Positions 28,481-38,695 of a stretch of 64,000 bases of DNA are shown here, piece after piece. The DNA is from Capsulimonadaceae bacterium. Lineage in GTDB: Bacteria; Armatimonadota; Armatimonadia; Armatimonadales; Capsulimonadaceae. Every line of letters starts with the position of its first letter. Within the stretch, counting starts at the first letter, position 1. The notes beneath the pieces were generated by a model, which saw only the letters and a list, made by a program, of their open reading frames with translations, did not search any database and was not told the DNA's origin. The DNA lies in the NCBI GenBank assembly GCA_965215505.1, contig OZ244065.1, positions 2,976,001 through 3,040,000 of the forward strand, read 5' to 3'. Both the position numbers and the translations under genes were made by a program.

Positions 28481-30406
28481 CTATTGGGAGGCGGGCCGGG
28501 CCGCAGTGTCCAGGGCCAGGACCGTAGACGGGTTGCGCCAGACGCGGCAGACCGGGCGAGCCTCTGGCCCCGCCGCGTCCGGTGCCGTCGCATAGCGGAA
28601 GGAGTTCGTGCGCGCGTCGCGCGACTCGTACAGCGGCACGACGCCGGGCGATGCTTTCTCCCCCACCGCCGGGGCGGGCGGCAGGCCATAGAAGAGCGGC
28701 GGCCCGCCCGCCGTGCCGGAGACGGGAACGAGGCCGCCATGCGGCCGGCCCGGCGGGACGGCGAAGAACGGCACGTCCCGCACCTCCCCCCATTGGTGCC
28801 GCGCGTCTACCGTCTCGCGCATCGCGTAGCCTTTCGCCAGCCGGTAGACCGGGGCGGGCAGGGACAAACGCGGGTCGTCCAAAGTCAGCCGGTACATGAC
28901 TTGATTGTAGTTGTAGCGCGGCGTCACGTCGGCGTTGCCCGAGTAGGTGTCCGTGTAGGTGCCCTCAAAGTAAATCAGCCGCCCGTCGTCCCGGTCGAAG
29001 AACGGGTGCTGCGTCGGGTTGTAAAACGTGTAGTGGTCGTGCGTGACGATCTTCCGGGCGTACACCCACGGCCCGACTGGGGTGTCCGCCTCGGCGAACC
29101 ATAGCTCGCCCAGGTACGACGATGTGCCGCCCGCCTGGCCGGAGATCATCACCCAGCGCTTTCGGTAGGCGTTCCAGAAGACCGAGCCGCCGTGCGAGCG
29201 GATCGGCGCGTCCGTCTCGATGTCCCGCAAGGGCGCTAAGACCTCCTCCGTCTTCATCTTCCCCGCCTCGATCAACGCCTGCTGGGCGTCGAAACCCAGA
29301 ACACCCGTATCGGCCTTCCAGGCATAGACCAAATGCCCGTCGCCCCCCCGGTCCAGTTTCGTGTCCGCGCCCGCCTCCCGCGCGCCGGGGGCGAGGCAGG
29401 TGAACGCCTCATACGCATGCGTGTCGATGACGTGCGCCACGTCCGCCTTGACGCGCACCAGCGGCTCCGCTTGGGAAGTCTTGGGCTGGCAGTAGAGGTA
29501 CGGCTTGCCGTCAACGACAGCGTGGAACGGCTGTCCGTCTGGGTAAAGCGGCGCGTCCAGAGCGTACCGACAGACCGGCGCGAAAACCGCCTTCGCGTCA
29601 TCAAAGACCGCCAGCCCCTGCTCGGCGGCCTTGCCGTCATGGTCCAGGTGGGTGAAATGCGTGTACAGCTTCTCCTGGCCTGCGGCGTCTTTGAGCGTGA
29701 ACACTCCCCCCACCCAGACCGGCCCGCCGAATCCGGGCAGCGGCAGCATGGGCCGGCTGAAGCCGTCCGCGTCGGTCCAATAGGTCAGGTCTATCCCCTT
29801 GTCCGGGTCCAGTCCACCCGCGCCGGGCAGCAAAGAGGTCGCCCCCGAGGTCGCGAACTGCCCCAGCGGGTAGCCGGGCCGCTCCGTGTCGCCGTAGAAC
29901 CAGTAGAGCTTGCCCCGATACGGCGTCGCCATCACCGTGTCCTGCCCCATGACCAGGCCGTCCATCAGTGGCTCTTTGATCGGCGTCGGCAGCCCGACCA
30001 GAACGCTGTCCCGGTAGATGCCCGCGCCGGTGATCCGGTACAGCCGCTCGGCGATGTTGAGGCGCTTGACCCTGACCCGCGCCGACCCGCCCGCCTTGAC
30101 GTCCAGCGCCACGCCCCGGTTGCCGAACTCGTCGGCGGGAACCTCGTAGCCGTGGCTCTTGACACTCAGCCAGACCTTGTGCCTCATCAGGTCCGGCTCA
30201 TTCAGGGCGACAACGCCGCTGCTGTCCGTGTAGAACCGCTCCGCGTTCACCGTCTTCAACTCGACTAGGGGTACGCCCCGCCCCGTGTCCGCGTCCACGA
30301 CCGTGATCTGGAAGTAGTCTGCGGGGGCGGCTTGGAGGCGCGGCGCGAAGGCGAGCAGGAACGGCAGAAGCAGAAGGGAAGGGATGGAGTGTCTTGGTTT
30401 TGTCAC
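28481..30406 (-). CDS. Large secreted hypothetical protein
   Basis: Signal peptide; 641-aa open frame; beta-propeller-like W/Y motifs. Confidence 0.75.
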   Translation of the reverse strand: MTKPRHSIPSLLLLPFLLAFAPRLQAAPADYFQITVVDADTGRGVPLVELKTVNAERFYTDSSGVVALNEPDLMRHKVWLSVKSHGYEVPADEFGNRGVALDVKAGGSARVRVKRLNIAERLYRITGAGIYRDSVLVGLPTPIKEPLMDGLVMGQDTVMATPYRGKLYWFYGDTERPGYPLGQFATSGATSLLPGAGGLDPDKGIDLTYWTDADGFSRPMLPLPGFGGPVWVGGVFTLKDAAGQEKLYTHFTHLDHDGKAAEQGLAVFDDAKAVFAPVCRYALDAPLYPDGQPFHAVVDGKPYLYCQPKTSQAEPLVRVKADVAHVIDTHAYEAFTCLAPGAREAGADTKLDRGGDGHLVYAWKADTGVLGFDAQQALIEAGKMKTEEVLAPLRDIETDAPIRSHGGSVFWNAYRKRWVMISGQAGGTSSYLGELWFAEADTPVGPWVYARKIVTHDHYTFYNPTQHPFFDRDDGRLIYFEGTYTDTYSGNADVTPRYNYNQVMYRLTLDDPRLSLPAPVYRLAKGYAMRETVDARHQWGEVRDVPFFAVPPGRPHGGLVPVSGTAGGPPLFYGLPPAPAVGEKASPGVVPLYESRDARTNSFRYATAPDAAGPEARPVCRVWRNPSTVLALDTAARPASQ

Positions 30407-31035
30407 GGGCTGCTGTCCAGATCAAACAAGCGCCGCAGCCAGCCCATCAGCGGCAAGGCATAGTCAGCCCCGGCGTCAAGCTCATGGTTCTTGATCGCCA
30501 AACCCAGCGGCGTTCCTGGCTCTTTCTGCCAGGAAAGCCCAGTATGGATCAGTGCCTTGCTGCGGTAGCTGGGCCGGAAGCGGCAGTCACGCGCTATCAC
30601 CTCATCTACGCACTCCTCAGCGAACACAAGCAAGGCATCCCCTGGCGGCACCAGAGAGCGGGCGAAGTCCTCCAGCATCCCCTCCGCCGCGTTGTCCGGC
30701 ATGACCCAGACGCCGACCCGCGCCAGCCTCCTGCCGGACAGTTCGACGATGGTTCCTAATGGGTCTGCCTGGTCGGGCAGTGGGCAGCCGGACTGAGCGA
30801 AGATACTGCGGAGCGACTGCCACCGGGAAGTCGGAGCCGTATCCGCATCTATCACCACGCCGAGGCGTTCCAAGCCGCCGGCGATAAGCTCAACGTCCAG
30901 CGTCTCAAGAAGGACATCTATGCCTTCCTTGTTCTTGATTCGAAAGTTCTCCGGCACCTGATGATGTTCCAGAAGTTGAGACAGCACATGGAGTTCGTCT
31001 TTACCCTCCACAAGCAGAGCGGACTTGGTAGCCAT
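30403..31035 (-). CDS. DUF3226 (Toprim-like) protein
   Basis: LLVEGKDE, LGVVIDAD, GVWVMPDN..GMLEDF, KALIHTGLSWQKEPG. Confidence 0.8.
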   Translation of the reverse strand: MATKSALLVEGKDELHVLSQLLEHHQVPENFRIKNKEGIDVLLETLDVELIAGGLERLGVVIDADTAPTSRWQSLRSIFAQSGCPLPDQADPLGTIVELSGRRLARVGVWVMPDNAAEGMLEDFARSLVPPGDALLVFAEECVDEVIARDCRFRPSYRSKALIHTGLSWQKEPGTPLGLAIKNHELDAGADYALPLMGWLRRLFDLDSSP

Positions 31036-31037
31036 CC

Positions 31038-32159
31038 TTAGCGTACCTCGATCTGCTCACGCGCCGCGATGTTCAGCTTGCGCTCGTCGAACATGACTGG
31101 AACGACCTCGCCGTCTCGGTTCTCCAGCCGGATGAGCATGCCCTCTTCGTCCTTGTTGGCTTCGGCAGCCTGCTGGAACGCCTGGATGCAGTCCCAGCTA
31201 TGGGAGGTGGCGAACACCTGCACATTGAGGCGGTGGGCCACCTCGAAGATGAGTTTCCACAGGTCGGGCAGCACGGAGTAATGCAGGCCGGTGTCTACCT
31301 CATCAATCAGCAGCATCCCGTCTTTGGCGTTGACGAGGGCGAGGGCGATGCCGAACATCCGGTTCATGCCTTCGCCCATGCTGCGAAGGGGAACAGGTGA
31401 GGACGACCCTTTCAACTTTACGATCGGATGACGCCTACCGAAAGGTTCGTTGCCGCCGGTGAAGGTGAGGCGCTCGATGTCACGGGAGATGAGGCGCAAG
31501 GCAAAAAGTACGTCCTCTTCTAACTCAGTGAGGGCTACGATATCCCATAACTGGCTTTGTGACTTGCTCGCGAGTCCAAGTGCAGACGTGAAAATACAGT
31601 TGAGTTCTTGCCTGTCTGCCTTGTAGGTAGCAATCTGAGGCTCATCTGATGACAGAGAATAGACATAGACGGCTCTCTTGCCGTAGCCAGCAGTCAGTGA
31701 GAAAGTCTCTGTAGTAAATGCCTGCATTTCGTCCCAATTGATCGTGGGTGGGACTCTGCTTCCATTTGTTGTGGAGACGGCGATGGGTTCAGTGATAGCA
31801 ACAAAGAAGGTATCGTCGGGCTGTCCCTCGACCGGCCCAACATGGAAGGATGGAAAATAATCGTGTTCCCATATAGGTTCGCGTCCGTGAAACAGATGTC
31901 TGACAGCGGTGGTACGTTCTTCCGCATTGGGAGGCAGGTTTGACACTGATGATCCACCTTCATCTCGTGCCCCAAGGATATCCCAGATGAGCGAGAGATT
32001 GCCCCGACGACCGTACAACCACAAAGCCTCCAATACAGACAACTTCCCGACGTTGTTCTTCCCGACGATCAGGTTCACCCGCCCTAGCTTCTCGATTCGC
32101 AGGTGCTTGAAGGCGCGAAAGTTTTTGATCTCTAGGGAGTCCAGCACAAGTTTCGACAT
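31038..32159 (-). CDS. AAA_21/ABC-type ATPase
   Basis: IKNFRAF, GKNNVGKL, signature-like SMGEGM, LLIDEVDTGLH, QVFATSHS. Confidence 0.88.
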   Translation of the reverse strand: MSKLVLDSLEIKNFRAFKHLRIEKLGRVNLIVGKNNVGKLSVLEALWLYGRRGNLSLIWDILGARDEGGSSVSNLPPNAEERTTAVRHLFHGREPIWEHDYFPSFHVGPVEGQPDDTFFVAITEPIAVSTTNGSRVPPTINWDEMQAFTTETFSLTAGYGKRAVYVYSLSSDEPQIATYKADRQELNCIFTSALGLASKSQSQLWDIVALTELEEDVLFALRLISRDIERLTFTGGNEPFGRRHPIVKLKGSSSPVPLRSMGEGMNRMFGIALALVNAKDGMLLIDEVDTGLHYSVLPDLWKLIFEVAHRLNVQVFATSHSWDCIQAFQQAAEANKDEEGMLIRLENRDGEVVPVMFDERKLNIAAREQIEVR

Positions 32160-32293
32160 GGCGAGCATCCTCCGGGGGCCGCGCAGGCGGCGTCTTCCCC
32201 TGCCATTGTAGCACCGGGGGCGGGCGGCGTCAAGGCGCGTCTTGGCGATGGGGTATACTTGCCTCTCGGGCGTAGGGAGAGGAGGGCAGCCGG

Positions 32294-32701
32294 ATGGAGA
32301 TCATGCGGGCGGAGTCGGGGACGACGAAGCGGGGGAACGAGGCGTACTTTTCGGGCGTGGTCTGGCTGGACGAGGTCATCAAGTCGCCGCCGGAGACGGG
32401 GGTGAACGTCTTCCGCGTGACCTTCACACCGGGGGCGCGGACGGCCTGGCACACGCACCCAAAGGGGCAGATACTGCACATCGAGGCGGGCGCGGGGCGG
32501 GTCCAGACGTGGGGCGGGGTGGTCCAGGAGGTCAAACCCGGCGACACGGTCTATTTCGCGCCTGGTGAGAAGCACTGGCACGGGGCGACGCCGGACCGAC
32601 TGATGGTGCATCTGGCGATCCAGCCGGTCGAGGCGGGCGTGGACGCCGTGTGGCTGGAACAGGTGACGGACGCAGAGTATGCGGCGGGGGCGGCGGGCTA
32701 G
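32294..32701 (+). CDS. Cupin domain protein
   Basis: VTFTPGARTAWHTHPKGQ, GEKHWHGA. Confidence 0.9.
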   Translation: MEIMRAESGTTKRGNEAYFSGVVWLDEVIKSPPETGVNVFRVTFTPGARTAWHTHPKGQILHIEAGAGRVQTWGGVVQEVKPGDTVYFAPGEKHWHGATPDRLMVHLAIQPVEAGVDAVWLEQVTDAEYAAGAAG

Positions 32702-32760
32702 GAGCGGGCTGAGTGTGGGAACAGGGGCGGCGGGAGCGTCGTCTTGTGATAAGAACAGAG

Positions 32761-32903
32761 CCACGGGTTGGAACCCGAGGCTGGGGAAAGGCCCACCGTC
32801 CAGGGGACGTAAAGGCGAGGACATAGGACAAGAATCAGGGGGCGGGGATAGGAGGGCGGGGGGACCCCGCCCCTACAGAACCCTGACCTCTTTCAACCCG
32901 TGG
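32761..32903. repeat. REPIN-like element, family B (copy 2) with nested GTAG REP
   Basis: CCACGGGTTGGAACCCG...CGTCCAGGGGACG...GGGCGGGGGGACCCCGCCCCTAC...TTTCAACCCGTGG. Confidence 0.82.
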
Positions 32904-32998
32904 TACATCCGTGGCAGAGCCTGCGTTGCAGCGGCAAGGTATACTCGAAGGATTCGGAAGAGAGTTCGGGCGGTCCCGACGGGGAGCAGTAATCGCGT

Positions 32999-34843
32999 AT
33001 GTGTGGAATCACGGGCTATGTGGGCGGGCGCGAGCGCAGCGTCCGGCTGGTGCTGGACAACCTGAAGCGGCTGGAATACCGGGGCTACGACTCGGCGGGG
33101 GTCGCCGTCGTCAAGCCGGGCGCGGAGGGCGTCACGGTCCTCAAGAAGAAGGGTAAGCTCGGCAACTTGGAGGCCGCCTTGGACGGCCTGGGGCAGTCAT
33201 CGGGGACAGTCATCGCGCACACACGCTGGGCGACGCACGGCAGGCCAAACGATGTCAACGCGCACCCGCACACGGACTGCACGGGGCGCATCGCGCTGAT
33301 CCACAACGGCATCATCGAGAACTACATCGGGCTGAAAGAGCGGCTGACGGCGGCGGGGCACGTCTTCACCAGTGACACCGACACGGAGGTGCTGGCGCAC
33401 CTGATTGAGTCGCACCTGGCCTCGGCGGGGTCGCTCGAAGCGGCCATCCGAAAGGCGCTGTCCGAAGTGACGGGGGCCTATGCGATCTGCGTCGTTTCCA
33501 GCGACGAGCCTGACGTCATCTACGCGGCCAAGACCGCCTCGCCGCTCATCATCGGGCTGGGCGAGGGCGAGAACTTCCTGGCCTCGGACATCCCCGCCGT
33601 CATGGGCTACACGCGCGACGTGCTGGTGCTGGAAGACGGCGACTTTGCGCGCATCACGCCCGCCGGGGTCGTGCTGACGACACTGGACGGCGGTCCGCTG
33701 CACCGGGACATTTTCCATGTCACCTGGGACGTCTCCACGGCGCAGAAAGGTGGATACGCCCACTTCATGCTGAAGGAGATATACGACCAGCCGCAGGCCA
33801 TCCGCGACACTCTGCGGGGCCGGACGACCGGGGCGCATCAGGTCACTCTGCCGGAGCTGAAGCTGCCGACGAGCAAGCTGGTCCAGTTCAACCGCATCGT
33901 CATCGTCGCCTGCGGGACGGCCTACCATGCGGGGCTGGCGGGCAAGAACTTCTACGAACACCTGCTGCGCCGCCCGGTCGAGGTGCAGGTGGCGAGCGAG
34001 TTCCGCTACAATGACCCCATCGTGGACTCCCAGACACTGGCCATCATCATCTCCCAGTCGGGCGAGACGGCGGACACGCTGGCGGCCTTGCGTGAGGCGA
34101 AGATCAAGGGTGCGACGACATTGGCCCTGGTCAACGTCGTCGGGTCTTCCATCGCCCGCGAGGCGGACGAGGTTTTGTACACCTACGCCGGGCCGGAGAT
34201 CTGCGTGGCGTCTACCAAAGCCTATGTCACCCAGCTCATCGGCCTGTACCTGCTCGGGCTTTACATCGCGCAGGAAGAGAACAAGCTGGGGCCGGGCGTG
34301 GTCGCCGCCTATGTCGAGCAGCTCCAGCGCCTGCCGGAGCAGGTGGCGGAGATACTCGCCGACACCAGCACGGTCCAGGCCGTCGCGGGCCAGTACGCGC
34401 GCTCGTCCTCGTTCTTCTTCCTCGGGCGCGGCAACGACTACGCCGTCGCGCAGGAGGGTGCCCTGAAGCTCAAAGAGGTCTCCTACATCCACGCCGAGGC
34501 CTACCCCGCCGGCGAGCTGAAGCACGGCCCGCTGGCCCTTGTCGAGCCGGGCGTCTCGGTGGTCTGCATCGCGACCCAGTCCGCGCTGTACGACAAGATC
34601 CAGTCCAGCGTCAAGGAGGTCAAGGCCCGCGACGGCGCGGCCATCGGCATCGTCAAGGCGGGCGACGAGGGCCTGGACGAGAACTTCGTGGACAGCATTT
34701 TGCGCGTCCCGGCCACCCACGACACCTTCATGCCCGTCCTGTCCATCGTCCCGATGCAGCTCTTGGCCTACTACATCGCCGCCGATCTTGGGCGGGAGAT
34801 AGACCAGCCGCGCAACCTGGCGAAGTCGGTGACGGTGGAATAG
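32999..34843 (+). CDS. glmS: Glutamine-fructose-6-phosphate aminotransferase
   Basis: MCGI, LEYRGYDSAG, HTRWATHG, SQSGETADT, PRNLAKSVTVE. Confidence 0.97.
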   Translation: MCGITGYVGGRERSVRLVLDNLKRLEYRGYDSAGVAVVKPGAEGVTVLKKKGKLGNLEAALDGLGQSSGTVIAHTRWATHGRPNDVNAHPHTDCTGRIALIHNGIIENYIGLKERLTAAGHVFTSDTDTEVLAHLIESHLASAGSLEAAIRKALSEVTGAYAICVVSSDEPDVIYAAKTASPLIIGLGEGENFLASDIPAVMGYTRDVLVLEDGDFARITPAGVVLTTLDGGPLHRDIFHVTWDVSTAQKGGYAHFMLKEIYDQPQAIRDTLRGRTTGAHQVTLPELKLPTSKLVQFNRIVIVACGTAYHAGLAGKNFYEHLLRRPVEVQVASEFRYNDPIVDSQTLAIIISQSGETADTLAALREAKIKGATTLALVNVVGSSIAREADEVLYTYAGPEICVASTKAYVTQLIGLYLLGLYIAQEENKLGPGVVAAYVEQLQRLPEQVAEILADTSTVQAVAGQYARSSSFFFLGRGNDYAVAQEGALKLKEVSYIHAEAYPAGELKHGPLALVEPGVSVVCIATQSALYDKIQSSVKEVKARDGAAIGIVKAGDEGLDENFVDSILRVPATHDTFMPVLSIVPMQLLAYYIAADLGREIDQPRNLAKSVTVE

Positions 34844-34855
34844 ACACGGTTGCCC

Positions 34856-35194
34856 ATGGGAGAGTCAGCCGCAGGCTTATTGGACACAGCATTCGACGTA
34901 GCGCGCCGTTACAAGAGCTTTGACTCCTACGGGTCGGAGGCGGCGGCTGTTCGGGCGCTCCATCGGCGGTGTTCAGGCTCCAGCAAAGAGCAATACCGGG
35001 AGGCTTTTCAGCAGGCGGTCTTCTTGCTTGAAGTCGTGGCCGAAACCATCGCCAAGCATGGGAACCACTTGACTCTGGATACACCTGATGTTGCGAGCCT
35101 TGTAGTGAGCGAGATACGCCAGCGCTGCCCCGACTTTGGCCTCTCGATCTGTCGGTCGGCGATGAGTTGGATGTTCTACTGGCACTCTCTGTAG
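34856..35194 (+). CDS. Hypothetical protein
   Basis: ~112-aa ORF directly after glmS. Confidence 0.5.
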   Translation: MGESAAGLLDTAFDVARRYKSFDSYGSEAAAVRALHRRCSGSSKEQYREAFQQAVFLLEVVAETIAKHGNHLTLDTPDVASLVVSEIRQRCPDFGLSICRSAMSWMFYWHSL

Positions 35195-35227
35195 GAACTG
35201 TAGGAAGGGGCGATTGCCAGGGAAGCG

Positions 35228-35414
35228 CCACGGGTTGAAACCCGTGGCACCGAAGTTCCCAGCGTCCAGGGGACGCAAGAGGGAGATGATCGTGTAGGGG
35301 CGGGGTCCCCCCGCCCTCCGGATGTTCCCCGCTCTCCTGTCCTGTCTTTACGTCGCTTCGACGGTGGGCTTTTCGGTGCCTCATCCCATCAAAGTCCTGG
35401 GTTTTAACCCGTGG
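35228..35414. repeat. REPIN-like element, family B (copy 3) with nested GTAG REP
   Basis: CCACGGGTTGAAACCCGTGG...CGTCCAGGGGACG...GTAGGGGCGGGGTCCCCCCGCCC...TTTTAACCCGTGG. Confidence 0.82.
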
Positions 35415-35452
35415 CGCCCCTCTGGGGGTTGACACCACGCAACAAAGAGTAT

Positions 35453-36013
35453 ATGAAGCGAACACACCGAGTCATCATTGCCATTTGGCTTCTTCTAGTC
35501 GCCTTCACACTGATCGTGGCGGATTCCCAGTTCGGCGGCCTGAAGTTCGCCAGCCGTCGCGCGAACGTTCTGGCCGGCTTCATTGCACTCTGGCTGCCGG
35601 TCGTGTGCGTCGCGCTGCTCGGCTTCCTGCCCCGCAGCAGAAAGCGGCTGTGGGCGTTTGTCTTCCTCACCCCGGCGGCTCTGCTCTGCCTCGTCCTCGG
35701 CTCAGTCGTCGGCCTCGTTCAAAGCTCCGCGTCATGGACGCGGCAGGGCAGCGTTAGACTCGGTGGTTCGGGGATCGTCAACTATTTCAGCGATGCCGGA
35801 GCCTGGGACAGCGGCGAGGTCGCCGTCCAACAGGAGGTCAGGCTGCTGCCGGGCCTGCTCTGGGTCAAACCACTCTCTCAGAAGGCGTGCCTGCGCGATG
35901 TGTCTGTCGTTGTGGTGGACCGTCACCATGTCCGGTGCGACTATGCCGCCGACAGGTCGGACACGCTCGACCCGGCCCCGGCAGCGCAGCGGGACGAGGC
36001 ATGGGTATTTTAG
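35453..36013 (+). CDS. Membrane hypothetical protein
   Basis: Three TM segments plus C-terminal soluble part. Confidence 0.6.
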   Translation: MKRTHRVIIAIWLLLVAFTLIVADSQFGGLKFASRRANVLAGFIALWLPVVCVALLGFLPRSRKRLWAFVFLTPAALLCLVLGSVVGLVQSSASWTRQGSVRLGGSGIVNYFSDAGAWDSGEVAVQQEVRLLPGLLWVKPLSQKACLRDVSVVVVDRHHVRCDYAADRSDTLDPAPAAQRDEAWVF

Positions 36014-36158
36014 GTGGTCGGCAACATTTCATTTGACAGGCGATGCCGACAATGGTACACTGGTAATGATAACCCTGCGATGAGCAAGCCGGGCAGGCGC
36101 GGGCAAAGCACGTTCATTCCACTAAGCACGTCATTCCACGATGCGGGGGTAGACCGTG

Positions 36159-36704
36159 ATGTCATCTCGGGAAGAAGAGGCCGAAAAGCACTTCGGGGTG
36201 CTGGGGCTGGCGCAGACGCAGGTGCGGCTGCACGAGCCGACGCCTCTCTGGGCGGGCCTATACTGTGAGGAGGAGGCGCGGCTGAAAGCCGCTTTGGGGC
36301 CGGCCCTGCTCGCCGTCGAGCACTACGGCAGCACGTCGGTGGGCGGCATCAAGGCCAAGCCGATCATTGACATCCTCGCGGGCATCGCGCGGCTGGAGGA
36401 CGGACCCGCCCTGATCGCGCCGCTGGCGGCCCTGGGCTACGACTACGCGGGCGACAAGGTCGTGCCGGGGCACCACATCTTCGGCAAAGGTGAGGCGCGG
36501 ACGCACCTGCTGCATGTCGTGGAGTACAAAAGCCCCATCTGGGAAGAGGCCCTGCGGTTCCGGGATGCCCTGCGGGCGGACCGGCATCTGGCGCAGGAGT
36601 ATGAGGCCCTGAAGATCACCCTGAGCGAGAAGTACGCCGAGCGCCGGGCAGACTACACGGCGGCCAAGGCGTCCTTCATCCAGTCGGTCCTGGACGGGCA
36701 TTGA
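36159..36704 (+). CDS. GrpB/UPF0157 nucleotidyltransferase-like protein
   Basis: EHYGSTSV, AKPIIDI, LRFRDALR, YTAAKASFI. Confidence 0.88.
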   Translation: MSSREEEAEKHFGVLGLAQTQVRLHEPTPLWAGLYCEEEARLKAALGPALLAVEHYGSTSVGGIKAKPIIDILAGIARLEDGPALIAPLAALGYDYAGDKVVPGHHIFGKGEARTHLLHVVEYKSPIWEEALRFRDALRADRHLAQEYEALKITLSEKYAERRADYTAAKASFIQSVLDGH

Positions 36705-36716
36705 CCGGGACGACGC

Positions 36717-36756
36717 AAGAAAGCCCCCGCCGATGTTCGGCGGGGGCTTTCTTTTT
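36717..36756. terminator. Bidirectional intrinsic terminator
   Basis: AAAGCCCCCGCCGA-TGT-TCGGCGGGGGCTTT with A/T tails between convergent genes. Confidence 0.8.
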
Positions 36757-36782
36757 GACCGGTGTTTCGCTGGGCGGCGAAA

Positions 36783-37001
36783 CTACATGGTCGTCTTCTT
36801 CATCATGCCGCCCTTCATGGCACCCTTCTTCATCATGCCGCCCTTCATCATGCCCTTCTTGCCCATCATTTTTTTGCCCATCATCTTCTTGCCCATCATG
36901 GGCTTCTTGGCCATGGGCTTCATGGTCGAGGTCTGGGCGAATGCGGGAACGACGAGGGTGGCGACGGCCGCGATGGCGACGATCTTGCTGACTAACTTCA
37001 T
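36783..37001 (-). CDS. Secreted Met/Lys/Gly-rich peptide
   Basis: Signal peptide ...PAFA, then MKPMAKKPMMGKKMMGKKMMGKKGMMKGGMMKK...; AGGAGG RBS. Confidence 0.82.
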   Translation of the reverse strand: MKLVSKIVAIAAVATLVVPAFAQTSTMKPMAKKPMMGKKMMGKKMMGKKGMMKGGMMKKGAMKGGMMKKTTM

Positions 37002-37038
37002 GGGATGAAGCCTCCTGGGGATTGATTTCACACTCCAC

Positions 37039-37064
37039 AGCGTTCCCGCGCGGCGAAAAGTTCC
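37039..37064 (-). promoter_or_regulatory. Putative ECF sigma promoter
   Basis: GGAACTTTTC-N12-CGCT; same motif and spacing at 38605-38630. Confidence 0.65.
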
Positions 37065-37177
37065 GGCGCGAAAAAATATGTTTAAGATTTTTTCGATGTG
37101 TGGTGGAACCCGGCGCGGGGTTCGGGTGTCACAAGCATGGAAGAGCGTTTGAGAACTAGCGTTTCAGGAGGTATGGC

Positions 37178-37543
37178 ATGAGACTTTGGCAGAAACCCGC
37201 CCCCATCGTGGCGGCATCCATGCTGGCCGTGTTCGCCCTAGCGGGCTGCAACGAACACACGGACAAATTGGGCGACATCGCGCGCAACCCGTCGGGGTTC
37301 GCGAACAAGGACGTGACCGTGGCGGGCGAGGTGACGAAGGTCTACGAGCTGCCGCTGGGGATCGCGGACATCGCGGCCTACCGGGTGAACGACGGCACGG
37401 GGCAGGCCTGGGTGATCAGCCGCGCTGGTGCGCCGCGCGAGGGCGATAAGGTGGGCCTGAAGGGCACGGTGCGGCCTGAGGGCCGGATCGGCAGCGAGGT
37501 GCTGACGAACATCATCGAGGAGAAGCAGCGCAAGGTACAGTAG
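37178..37543 (+). CDS. OB-fold lipoprotein
   Basis: Lipobox LAGC; VTVAGEV, DGTGQAWV, GDKVGLKGTV. Confidence 0.8.
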   Translation: MRLWQKPAPIVAASMLAVFALAGCNEHTDKLGDIARNPSGFANKDVTVAGEVTKVYELPLGIADIAAYRVNDGTGQAWVISRAGAPREGDKVGLKGTVRPEGRIGSEVLTNIIEEKQRKVQ

Positions 37544-37621
37544 GCAGGACTGCCCCACTCACAGCCTCGCTGTTGCCATCTACGGGTGGGACCTTTCTGC
37601 GCTCGCCTGAAGGCGATCACT

Positions 37622-38104
37622 TCAATAGGTGGTGTCAGTCAGGAAGATGTAGGTCTCGTGGCTCTGCCTGTCTGTGGAGAGGGAAACTGAAACCATCTCA
37701 TGGGCATACCGCCGGCAGAGCGTGGCGTTCATGTTCTGGGAGTTGACGTAGCAGGAACTCACGGCATCGTAGTTCAATCCCAGGTCGGAGAGGAGCGAGT
37801 GGTTCGGCGGCTGGAACGTGGTCAGCGTCTTGAGGTCGTAGTTGCTGGCCCCAAGTCTTTTAGCGTAATAGTCCAGAGCCTCCGCATAATGCTGGCCGGC
37901 ATGCCCCGTCAGTGTGGCAATCTGGGGGCCGTCATGGCTGGACTGGGCTATCATGCCGGGGAACATCCAGTTGCGGAGGTTGGGACGCACGGCGGTGTTA
38001 GGCTTCAGCCTGATTTCCTGGGCGTGCAGACGCGCGTGCGCCCCGGCCAGGGTCAGGGCTGCGGCCACTGCGATCAGGGGCAGGGCAAAAAGGCGCCGCT
38101 TCAT
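37622..38104 (-). CDS. Secreted hypothetical protein
   Basis: Signal peptide MKRRLFALPLIAVAAAL. Confidence 0.6.
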   Translation of the reverse strand: MKRRLFALPLIAVAAALTLAGAHARLHAQEIRLKPNTAVRPNLRNWMFPGMIAQSSHDGPQIATLTGHAGQHYAEALDYYAKRLGASNYDLKTLTTFQPPNHSLLSDLGLNYDAVSSCYVNSQNMNATLCRRYAHEMVSVSLSTDRQSHETYIFLTDTTY

Positions 38105-38248
38105 GTGCATTTCTCCATACCATTGAAAAGAAGACATCTATGAAGATGCCTGAGTTCGCTCGCGATAGAAGGCAGCCCGGCGCGTCCCAGAAGAACAGCG
38201 CCGGGCGTTTTTATGTCACACTGAGTCATCAGTCGGCGACGGGGCAGT

Positions 38249-38554
38249 CTACATCGAGCCGGGCTTGGACATCATCGGCTTCTTGGGGGCGACCTTGCGG
38301 GTGTAGCCCTTCACCGTGACCATCTTGCCGGTCTTGGTCATCTTGGTGTAGCCCTTGACGGTGGTCATCTTCGGCGTGGGCGTCTTGGCCTTGCGGTCGT
38401 AGCCCTTGACCTGGACGACCTTGCCGGTCTTGGTGGTCTTGGTGTAGCCCTTGACGTGGGTCCCGGCGGGGGCGGGCATCTGGGCGAACGCGGCGGTGGC
38501 GGTGAACACGGCGGCGAGGCCGAGCGCGGAGAGGAGGCGGGCGAATGTCTTCAT
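38249..38554 (-). CDS. Secreted Lys/Thr-rich repeat peptide
   Basis: Signal peptide ...AAFA; four VKGY(T/D)(K/R) motifs. Confidence 0.8.
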   Translation of the reverse strand: MKTFARLLSALGLAAVFTATAAFAQMPAPAGTHVKGYTKTTKTGKVVQVKGYDRKAKTPTPKMTTVKGYTKMTKTGKMVTVKGYTRKVAPKKPMMSKPGSM

Positions 38555-38604
38555 GGGTCTGGTCCTTAAAGCCTGCGGAGGCGTGTAGTGGGTATGGCCC
38601 AGGA

Positions 38605-38630
38605 AGCGACGAAGCACGCAGAAAAGTTCC
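38605..38630 (-). promoter_or_regulatory. Putative ECF sigma promoter
   Basis: GGAACTTTTC-N12-CGCT; back-to-back with TGAACTATTT-N13-CGCT on + strand. Confidence 0.65.
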
Positions 38631-38695
38631 TGAACTATTTTGCGGAGTCGCGGCGCTTTTCGCCTCGCGAACGACACTCAGACTATGAACGCGCT

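Noticed and set aside
32904-32998. glmS ribozyme upstream of glmS
   Set aside because: The AGCGCC...GACGAGG core is absent and the leader is short
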